Part shown: positions 53,390 to 64,000 of the stretch, one piece after another | Position numbering within the stretch: position 1 is the first letter of the stretch | Layout of the letters: each line of letters opens with the position of its first letter | Assembly (NCBI GenBank): GCA_012295275.1 | Contig: CM022677.1 | Location: 10,168,001 to 10,232,000 of the forward strand | DNA from: Chrysomallon squamiferum | Taxonomy: Eukaryota; Animalia; Mollusca | DNA: 64,000 nt | Reading direction: 5' to 3' | Position numbers and translations under genes: made by a program | The notes under the pieces: model-generated | Databases searched by the model: none | What the model was told of the DNA's origin: nothing | What the model saw: only the letters and a program-made list of their open reading frames with translations

Positions 53390-54011
53390 ATGACATTAAA
53401 CTGTGATACTAATCTTGATGCATTATTCAATAATATTACATGGATTCAGTCACTAGAAAGAGGTTGGAAAACCCTCTTAGTATAAAGCATTATAAAGAAA
53501 AGTAAATCTGGTAATCAAATTATTTGCACTATACTAGTTTATATGAACTGTCATTGTTGTTATTTATACTGGAGTTGGAACTCAATTTTGTTCTGTGAAT
53601 ATTGTTCTTACAAAAAATAAAATTTGTCGGCAATATCACAATGACTTCCTTTTATGTGATAAAATGTCCAATGACAGTTAATAGTAATTTACAAAGAAAA
53701 AAGTGAGAATTTATCAACAATGCAATTTTTTTCAAAACCACGCGAAAATGCCTATGGTCAATGTTTTCATCGATCGGATCCGGTCAAATAGCCAATTCTT
53801 TTGAACAATGTTTACATCGGATATAACTTAACGACAAAAAAGCTAGACTGATGTAAAATTATTTTACGCTATCATTGTTTACTGATAGCAGGCAATGACA
53901 AAGAAGGGAGCCAGTCAATTTGTACGGAAGGCGCGAGGGTAAACTTGTCGATGCTTGATTCTCACAATTTTGACATGGACACTGCAACAAAAGAGTGAAC
54001 AGTTAACAATA

Positions 54012-57000
54012 ATGAGTTTATCACTAAGGTGCATATTCAGAATTATTTTAGACATCAGACTGAGGGTTTATTCGGAATTCAGTCAATGAATCATAATATA
54101 AAATAATTATTACTTAGCTTGTTACTATGGTGGAAAATTAAACTATAGTAAACAAAATCACTAGCAATTTTAGTACATTATGTTAATATTATTTTTAATG
54201 CTTTATATTTAAATTAAAAGATCTCAGTTTCTGTAATCGTATGTAATTTCAGTTGTATCACAAGCTTCACTGAGAGAAAAGTTGATTATTTATTTTCATT
54301 TCTAACATTAAGCTTGTAATATAAAATAAAATTTCACATCAACATTCATCGGTAAAGGTTTGTTTGTGTTATATTGCTAAAGAATCGTGTCATTGTTTTT
54401 GTTTCCAATTTTAGATAGAATTTTGCATCAAGAAGGAATTTATTAGATAATGTATTTCAACCAAAAACATATCAAAATATAGCCATTTAAAGTCAGCCCT
54501 TAATACTTCAGTATATAAAAACAAGATACGCAGGTACTGAGATGGTGAGCATCCCTTCCAGGCATTTATTTTAATCTGTGGTCACAGTCTGTTATTACGT
54601 CTTTCCTATATGCCAACCTGTGACATTATTAATATGGCTATATAAATATTGAACCATTGTTAAATTTTTAAATTTTTGTTACAAAACAAAACAAAACAGA
54701 ATTTATTCTGCAGGTTTGAAACAAACACAAAATAACAATCAGTTTAAAAAAATGTGCTGGCTTTTTCTCTTCTGAACAAGAATATAATTAATTTTACTCA
54801 TTAAATCAATTCCTGTTAGAGCAGAGGAATAGCTTAGAAATCGATCATTCACTTTCAAGATTAAATTTAGCAGTCGTGGTTGGACGTGGTTACACATTAA
54901 TAATTAACATTTTACACAATTCTGTAAAATGATTTGGAACTGCAGAAACTTTTAAAATGGTAACATGATGGATTATAATGCATATTGATCAATGTATCTT
55001 TCAGAGCTGAGTTTGCGCTGGACAAAAGCAAAAAGAAAAGGAAACGTGAACTGGCTGATGAACAGAAACAGGAAATAAAAGAAGCATTTGATTTGTTTGA
55101 CACAGATAAAGACAGAGCTATTGATTACCATGAGCTGAAGGTAGAAAAACACTCAGAATAGGTCAACAAAACAATTAAACAATAGAAACATGATGGTCAT
55201 ATTTTTTTTAATTATAATTTATATTTTTATAAACAATCAGTTATTATTGCCATTGATTTTGTTTTCTTTCAAGCAGTTTACAAGGCAAGTTCAGGTTTTA
55301 AAAAATACTGCACCTACTGCTACAACTTATTTAAATTAGAAACAGTGATGTGACTTTTTATTGTTAGTGCCTGAGTTTTTGTTATCACACAGGTGGCAAT
55401 GCGAGCTCTAGGTTTTGAAGTAAAGAAAGCAGATGTGCTCAAAGTTCTTCGTGATTATGACAGAGAAGGCACTGGAAAGATAACATTTGAGGATTTTAAT
55501 GAAGTCAGTAAGTAACATACATAGTTATATTTGTACTTGTTAACATTTTGTAAAATCAGCATTATATGTAATACAAACTGTACAACAGATATTTACCACT
55601 TTTTAAAATCTCGGTGCTAGTCATTCAGTTCCCCTGTCTTTAGAAAAATAAAAAAGTTATCATTAGTATGTATTCCTATTAAAATATGTAGTAGAAATGG
55701 AAACAAACAACTCCAAATTTTTATTGATTGTACCAACTGAGCTTCTGTAATTTTGAAAATTTCATATATTAAGTTCTTTTGCCAAGCTCAGATAATATGA
55801 CTGTTTTACTCTGATGTATTGCCATCTGTTGTCAGATTGGTTTTATGAGAATTAGTACAGGTCTTCTTTCATCCTTGGAAATTATAATTAAAAAAAAAAC
55901 AATATTCATTCAGCTTTCATAATATTGTTTCAGATGGCCTGCTGAAAACAGAACAGTTATTTTATTTTTTAGTTTCCATTTATTCTAACATATAATAAGT
56001 CACTAACAAACAATAAAAGCAACTGATTTTTAATTTGAAATAACATTGAGAATTTAGAAATGAATTAGAGAGAGACAAATATTGAATTCTTCTTGGTTTG
56101 TTTTGTTCAGTGACTGATATGATGTTGGAGAGAGACCCACAACAAGAAATATTGAAAGCTTTCAAACTGTTTGATGATGACAGTTCTGGAAAAATCAGTT
56201 TAAGAAATCTGAGACGTGTGGCAAGGTCAGGAACAAACCAAATTAGAATAAACTAATGTATAACTATACAAATAGATTTCTGAAACTAACACAAAACTAT
56301 TAAAAAATGGCAGATTACAAATTACAGCCAGTCCATGAAAATCAAAACAACCCATTTAAAAAATATTCAGTTTACTTATACTTGTCAAAACAACCCATTT
56401 AAAAAATATTCAGTTTACTTGTACTTGTCAAAGCAACCCACACACAGTAGCGTTGAGTAAAAGTACCTGTGAAAAAGATTTTGTCCATTTACTTGTGGAA
56501 ATCATTTTGTTTGGACGAGTTGGTCAGGGGAAACAGAGAATTAGACTTTAGATTCAAGTACTGGCCAATGAATTCCTGCCTTATAATTATTGTGTTTTTG
56601 TTTCACTTTGTTTGCCAGTAATCTGTGTTAAAATTATACAAATATGGTCTCTTTTGTTTGGCTTATGTCAACATAAATCCTACTGAAATGTTTTGTCAGG
56701 GAGCTGGGAGAAAACATGACAGATGAAGAACTGAGGGCCATGATAGAAGAGTTTGACAGAGACGGTGATGGCGAAAGTAAGTAACACATCAAATACAGAT
56801 TTACCAGTTTAATCAGTTATAATTAAATAATAATATATCTTATAATGCTATACTTACCGATTAAGAAAAAAGTTATTTGTTAAACTTAAGTGAGAATACA
56901 CAATGATTATGTGTTAGTGAATTTCAATATTTTGTGTACTGCAGAGTAGCTAGTAACAGCTGTAGATATAATTTGTTTATTAATAAAGTTTACTGTTTCA

Positions 57001-57045
57001 GTTTGTGAAGAGGAGTTTATTGCTATAATGACTGGAGACACATAG
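54012..57045 (+). CDS. CETN3: Centrin-3 (EF-hand centriolar protein), 6 exons
   Basis: Exons 54012-54028, 55005-55140, 55393-55507, 56111-56225, 56700-56776 and 57002-57045 give [59 protein letters not shown]...[11 protein letters not shown]. This is highly similar to centrin-3/Cdc31. Confidence 0.97.
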
Positions 57046-58210
57046 ACTTGATGTCACTTACTGTGATAGACTCTGGTGCTTTTCTTATTTCTATATCAAT
57101 AGTCAAAGCCCACATTATTACCATTATTACTATAACAAACAATGTCCTCAGTATTCAGACAAAAAATTTGAAATTTTAGCTGGAATCAGCCTTTTTCTTC
57201 TTTTTGTTCACTTGTTGACTATATATATCTCTAGAATAGGTGACACTTAAGTATATTGTCTTTCTGTCTTTGCAAGGATACAGTAATTTTTTTGTTTGTT
57301 TGTGTCAAGTTAAGTCAAAAATAAAAATAAAATGTTTTATATTTATAAAAAAAAAAAAAAAAAAAGAAAACAATAACAGTAATTTAAAGAATTTAATTTT
57401 GAAAACAATTTTACCTGTTACTGTAGAATTCTGTTTATCAGAATTTTAAAGGTTAGTTATAACTTTATTTTATTATTTATTTTTATTTCTCTTCTTTTAT
57501 CATTTATATTTTCAGGAACAAAAAAGAAAATTGCTTTAATTTGAAACACTTTTGTAAATTAATTTATAACTTATTTTGTTATTACTCAATTTGTCTGAAT
57601 AAATAAATTGTTTCTTTTCATAAACTGGCTTTTGTTTTTTGTTTATTTTTGTTTAATTTTCGAACAAATAAATTGTTTATTATTAAAACAACAACTGAGA
57701 GCATTAATGATTAATACAGTTTATAAAAGTATATAATGTATTAATTTATTTCACTTGGCAGTGATTATTATTATTATGATAAGCAGGTGGTGGTGCATGA
57801 TAAATTTTGATGGAGTTTACATAGGACAACACACATCGTCTCTTTTGATGACGTCACCATCAGACATCCGATTCTGTGGTAATCTTCCCTAATCTTGTTC
57901 ATGCAGATTATGATGTTCTTAAAGTAAGACCTAAAAGACATATCGTTGTTGTGAAATTATAAAAGCAATACACAATGTTTAAAGTGTTCTGGTCGCATCA
58001 GTTATATCTAAAATATTTTTATAACTAATTAAAACTTCATTTTACTACTATTTTATTATCTTTTTGGGTCACCCTTGTCTTTCTGTTTTGCGTTATATAT
58101 ATATATGTGTGTGTGTGTTATTTATTGATTTATTTACTTAAGTATTATTATTAATTTAATTTAATTTTATTATTATTATTATTTTTTTTATCACATTTAT
58201 AACACAGTCG

Positions 58211-58401
58211 ATGGATGCCATAAAGCGCCAGTTTTGGGTTTTAGGACTTACGATCTTGTATTCTGTCACAATGTCATCAGACGGTAACACAACTTTTAAT
58301 ACAGTTCACTTAAAAATATGTCTATTACATAAACAGAATCGCGAACACTGTGAACATTACTTGTAAAACAAATATGTAAATAATAATAATAATAATAACA
58401 C

Positions 58402-58443
<42 letters not shown>

Positions 58444-59959
58444 TATTATATTTTCTTTAATATCATATTGAACATAAGATAAACAAAATTAAAATACAAT
58501 TTTTTTTCTTATCTTTTTTTGATTTTGAGCGTCCTAACGTATTTCATTCATTCATTATTTATTTATTTATTCGGTTCACATTCTCTTTGATGTGTTTACT
58601 TCCAGTTGATGGTAACTGGTCTTCATGGTATATTTATACGCTCAGCAGTTGTTCGTCTGAATGCACGCGCATAGTGCACATGGTGAGATACTGCTCCGAC
58701 CCGCCCCCGTCTGAGCTTGGCAAACCTTGTAAAGGCGATAACAGCAAAACAGTGAAGGCGTCTTGTATGGGAGATAACTGTACACATCCTGAAAACTATG
58801 CGAAAAGGAACTGTACTGGGACTGAATGTGAAAACCGTGCGTTATGTATAGACACAAACATTAACTGACAGTAAAATGCATTAAACGTCACCACAGTCAA
58901 ATGTTTTGTGTCAGTACATTGCATGTTGACTACAGACAACAATTCACTGACAGTACATTTCACCACAGCAGACGTTATTCTGACAGTGTGAATACAGATA
59001 CTCAGATAAAATATTAGTTTTATTTATGTAAGGACATAAGCCTTTTTGTAAAAAGGTCTGTATTGTTCATTTCAGGACGGATGTCCAACTCGCCTCTTTC
59101 GATAGTGTGGACACTCGTCATTTTGTTTATAACTGGTACCATCATTTTGATTCTTTATTATAGGTACGTACATATGTATATATCTAAGAGTTGTGGATTT
59201 CATCATCATTATCATCATAATTATTATTATTGTTATGTTAAGATAATAAGAGAGAGTGAGAAAGTGAGTGACACCTAGAGAGGTTATATATAAAGACTAT
59301 CAGTGTGATCAGTTCACTGCTAGTGTGTTATTTTAATCAGGTCAAATAAACCGGAGAAGAAGGATGAACAGTACGTGAAGCCGGTGAAGAAAGTGACGTT
59401 CTCCCCTGTCGTCTGCACGAACTACATCTCTAGACATCGCAGACACCTCGGCTTCTTTCACAAGAACGACGACAGAACAGTCAGAGTCACGTGTAACATC
59501 GTAAACCGCTGTAAACTCCCGTGCGTACCGGAAACACTCAAGGTCACATACAGTCACCCAGAGAAGTCAGTCGAGGCAAGTGGCAGTGAACCCGATAAAC
59601 AACACGGTGTACTTGTTTCTACAAAGAAATCCGTTAGTAAAATTCACAAAGTAACGAGCAAGACAGACAAACCTGAGTCTGTAACGGACAGTCGAAGTAG
59701 TGTGTCTAGTATTTGCAAGGTACATAAATCTCAGTCTGAAATCGACATTCGAAATAGTGTATCTGGTGCTAGTCAGGCGGCTAAACATGAGAACGATGCA
59801 GACGAAGACCGCAGGATTAAAACGAAGAAGGTAAAGGACAAACTGAAACGTCATTCAAGCAAAGAAGGAGTTGAAAAGAAATACAGTAGTGAGACGGAAT
59901 ACAAACACAAAGCTGGAAGTTCACACGACAACAACGGTTTTGAACCTGACAGATCCTAA
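58211..59959 (+). CDS. Type-I membrane protein with one thrombospondin type-1 repeat and a long K/S-rich cytoplasmic tail (~336 aa)
   Basis: Exons are 58211-58283 (signal peptide), 58606-58836 (VDGNWSSW..CSSEC...RYCSDPPP...GKPCKG; the gtgcgt donor is the least certain), 59076-59163 (TM helix IVWTLVILFITGTIILILYY) and 59341-59959. Phases are compatible. Confidence 0.82.
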
Positions 59960-60217
59960 TTACTGGAATTAAAATTACTAAAATATATATATATATATTT
60001 TTATTTTTATTTTTTTATTTTTATATATATAAAACAGAAATACTACTAATAATAATAATAGTAAATCTATTACTCTCATGTTTAGAAATTTTGTCTTCAA
60101 TCGGTTTGATAGTAAATTGTAAAGAAAAATATAAACGTAGGTTTTTCTCGTTGAACACACATACATGCACAAGGTACAGTATACACGCACATTTTCGAAA
60201 AAAGTAAATGCATACAA

Positions 60218-60495
60218 GGAAACAAATTCATCAAGTTCTTTATCTTCATTTTACGAAAACAAATTCATCACAGTTCTTTATCTTCATTGTACGAACACAG
60301 ATTCATCACAGTTCTTTATCTTCATTGTACGAACAGTTTCATCACAGTTCTTTATCTTCATTGTACGAAAACAAATTCATCACAGTTCTTTATCTTCATT
60401 GTACGAACAGTTTCATCACAGTTCTTTATCTTCATTGTACGAACAGTTTCATCACAGTTCTTTATCTTCATTTTATGAAAACAAATTCATAACAG
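60218..60495. repeat. 35-37-bp minisatellite (ttcatcacagttctttatcttcattgtacgaa...), ~7.5 copies
   Basis: Head-to-tail copies with no unique spacers. It begins right after the BOK-like stop codon. Confidence 0.95.
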
Positions 60496-60873
60496 TTAGT
60501 TCCATGCTAAATAGCATGTTGTGAGCAGAACCATGAACAACGCTGAAACACCAACAACGACAGCAACTTTCACATCGTTGTTTTCTACAACTATCTTCTC
60601 AAACTGACCCTGAAATAAGTAAAAATAATTAATAATGCTGTAATACGGAGACACTTTAAGCAAATTCTGTTTCCTATATAATTCTAATTTTCTGGAGTAA
60701 TAATGAATTAAGTATTGAGGTACCTATTGTTATATATTGCTGAAGCAGTCATGGATAGATATTGATGAAACAATAGGGGATTACAGTATAGGTTATTTCC
60801 CAAAAGACCAAAAAATGGTAGATATTGTATCGTATTCCATTCCATTATGTTATTTGTTTTATTCTTTTATATT

Positions 60874-60914
<41 letters not shown>

Positions 60915-62318
60915 TTACTTGGTGTTAGGCAGACGAATAAATTGAAAACGCTTCAGCACCAGATTTTCTATTCTACTTCCCTTTCTTTCTTTCTTACTTT
61001 ATTTATTATTTACCAAAAAAACCAACAACTGACATATATATTTCACAACAAAATGGGAGAGCTAATCAGTATATTCTATTGGAGTTTTCTGTCCTGTCAA
61101 AAGGCGCATTTGCTGTTGGCATATTTCAAAGTCAACTTGCTGGTATTTCCAACGTTTTGATGCCAACCTTCCACCAGCTCTTAACTGTAAAATTGTAACT
61201 TCAACAAAGGCCTGCTATCTTAATTATATCTATACATTTAAAAATCGTCTTCAGTTTCGAATGCCAACACTCAAAATGATTCGTGGTTCTAACAAACTTT
61301 TTCGCCTGGAAATTCAATCCACTGATCGGTGAATAGTATGCAAACCTTAAAACAGATTGTAGCGACTGAAGCGTTCAGCCATATCACTTAATCTCTCACT
61401 AATCCCTATAAATCCCTAGACCCTGATACTATAAATATATAATAAAAAAAAAATTGTTTAATTTATGCGTGAAAAACAATATAATAACTAAAATAAGCGC
61501 GTAGTTCACACACCAAAGTAGAATTTGCTCGATGTAGATCACTAGATCGTGTAGATCACACGCCAAAGTAGCACCGAATTATATTTATCTTTTTCCAGCA
61601 CTGGGTCTCTGGTTTGTTGAGGTAACGATAAAGATGGACTATGAAGTCATGGACTGCAGCAAGAATAATAACGACAGTAAATAAATAAATCAATAAATAA
61701 ATCTAGTAAATTTCGAAATATACTCGTCTTTTTGACGATCATCTTGAGACAGTGGACTGAACATGAACACAATCACGACGGAGTTCATCGAATAACCGCG
61801 GACCTGTGTATGTAAGTGGAACCTGTCTGTACGTTGTCACTGTAATACATTAGTGCGAATGTAACACTTACCCAGCCTCCCTGTTTACTAAGCCATTCCA
61901 CTAAATGCAGAGATACAAACTTCCCCACGCATTCTATGATGTCATCAAGAAATTCGGAGTGACCCTGCTGGACGCACTCTTCAGCGAAAGAGGAAGAAAT
62001 GGCAAACATCGATACAACTTTCCCCCACGTAATGCTGTCACGAAACAAAATTTCAAGAACAGAACTCAGTGAACTTTTAACGAGCGTCGATGATTTCATC
62101 GTAGTAGAGATCTTTCGAGAGACGTCATTGTAGACGTTGGGATAAAGTTTTTCGAGGACGTATCCTGCTTGTATAAAATACTGAGAATATTCGTCATAAC
62201 CCGCTTTTGTATAATGCTTTTTCTTTCGCCTAGAAATCTTTTTTATCAATAGTTTGTGTAGGATGTAATCTTCACATATCACTTTGGCTACTTCAGCGAA
62301 CTCGTTTTCTGAAGCCAT
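60496..62318 (-). CDS. BOK: BOK-like Bcl-2 family protein, 186 aa, tail-anchored (2 coding exons)
   Basis: Exon 62318-61872 carries BH4 AKVICEDYILHKL, LEKLYPNVYNDVSRKI, BH1 LFRDSITWGKVVSMFA and BH2 WLSKQGGW with a gtaagt donor. Exon 60609-60496 encodes GQFEKIVVENNDVKVAVVVGVSALFMVLLTTCYLAWN* (TM anchor). TWGK is a BOK-type signature. Confidence 0.9.
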
Positions 62319-63683
62319 TTTACTTCATTTTACTTACTGTTATAAAATCTTAACAGTATTTGCTTTTAACCAAATACTGACGTTTATCTTGAAACTGAGG
62401 TGATATATAACAGTACATTATATTGAAATAATATATCAACAAAATGACGTAATAATAACAAGAGAACATGAAGCATATATATAGTGATATCCCAAACAGT
62501 AAATATCTGCCTGAATTGTAAACTATGAAATGTATGTGAACATGTGAGAACTTGTGTTACTGAAATGCACTTAATCCTGTCAGCTGTCAGATACAGAGTA
62601 TAGTAAACTAATTAATTCTCAACCAAGGTTTATTTTAAAATAACAGAGACGGTCATCAGAGTACAGACAAAAGTATTGTAACACCAGTGACATTAAGTAT
62701 TCTGAAAAAAAGAAAAAGAAGGCAACAAGAACCAAACACTATCAAAATAAACCCCCATAAAAATACTTCTGTTTTTTTCAACAGAAGAGGAACCTCTCGT
62801 TAATGAAATTCATTAAATTATGAATCGGACAAAATCATACTGCTCTGTTTGCTTTTAAAACAGACTGACAGATAAACACACATAGACACACAAACATTTT
62901 AGCTGTAAAACAGCAGATTGTAATGTAGTAATAAATATCCCCATATTATAAGGTTTTAAAAGTTACTTCATAAATTTACCAGATTATAATGATTGTATTT
63001 CAGGTTGGAACTATTATTATAGAAAGGGTTGGCACTAGTCAGTTAATTTACATTTTACAATGAAATAAGTTTAGGTGCAGAAACAATAATTTGTCTTTGA
63101 GTTATTAATCATGATCGTATATCACACAGAGTTAAAAAAAAAAAAAAAAAAAACACCTATATAAATAAATATTCACTAAATAGTTACAAAAGAATGTAAA
63201 GCTTTAAAACTTCAAGCATTATCAATAAGCTTTAGAGATAAAATATGTTTACAAAGCCATAAATTATGAAAGCTGTTAACGTAAGCCTTACGTAAGATAT
63301 TGGCTGAACGAAATCCTCTGTTTTTATATAGAAACAAATTCTGTTAATAATTACTTATTACAAGTTTGTTTTAAACAAATATATAAAAATAAATAAATAA
63401 ACAAAGAATGAAACATGCGAAGAATAGGAAAAGCAAAAAAAAAAATAAATAAAAATAAATAGTGAGTTTTCTGTATCATCGCACACGTTACAGTTAGCTC
63501 CAGTGTTTTATTTTTGAGAGAATGACTGTTTCATTCATGTTCAGTCATTTGCTGTTAGATCTGACTACACACATACACAGACAGAACACAAAACAAACTA
63601 AATTAAAAAAAAAATAATAATAATAAATAAATAAATAAATAAAACAGACATATAAAATCAGGGTTCGAAATTCGTATGAAATG

Positions 63684-63714
<31 letters not shown>

Positions 63715-64000
63715 GCCACTATCTAATGACTATTCTCTTTGTTTTTCTTCTTCTTTTTTTTAAATTCAAATTTATGTTTGGTAGCCAAAACAAAAATTAT
63801 TAATATTTCAGCTTTTAAATGAAGGAAAACGTGTACTTGATCATTAACTTTTGAAGTAAGATTAAAAATATGCTTCGAATAGTCACTTATGCAAATATAA
63901 CCAAAATATGTGATTCTGAAAGTTTTTGTCGAACGCTTTTTAACCTACCAATCAAACAAATCAGTTCGAAGAGAACAAATCGGAACGTGTCGAAGCAGAC

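Noticed and set aside
60218-60495. CRISPR-like 35-37-bp repeats
   Set aside because: The copies are contiguous with no unique spacers, there are no cas genes, and the context is eukaryotic. It is a minisatellite.
61785-61871. C-terminal extension of the 177-aa Bcl-2 ORF
   Set aside because: This is intron read-through after the GGW|gtaagt donor. The true TM exon is at 60609-60496.

Overview
AT-rich, microsatellite-rich genomic DNA from an intron-containing animal. The gene content suggests an invertebrate, probably a mollusc or other lophotrochozoan (inference). I reconstructed seven spliced protein-coding genes by hand from GT-AG exons: an uncharacterised 136-aa protein with an N-terminal Cys cluster (-), a RabX1/Rab31-like GTPase (+), a secreted WAP-domain protein (-), a DUF4773 secreted Cys-rich protein (+), centrin-3 (+), a TSP1-domain type-I membrane protein (+) and a BOK-like Bcl-2 family protein (-). 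The most unusual structure is at 18.55-23.55 kb. There a degenerate chromodomain-bearing Ty3/Gypsy internal region (gag zinc knuckle, PR, RT, RNase H, IN, chromodomain, env-like remnant) has no recognisable LTRs. It is instead bracketed by a ~130-bp inverted repeat pair of ~92% identity, resembling a TIR element carrying retroelement cargo. The window also holds LINE, Tc1, hAT and MITE relics and many stop-interrupted orphan exons with intact splice sites, including a DDX52-like exon and a multi-exon pseudogene at 40.3-45.9 kb. All coordinates and identities were read by eye; no database searches were run.
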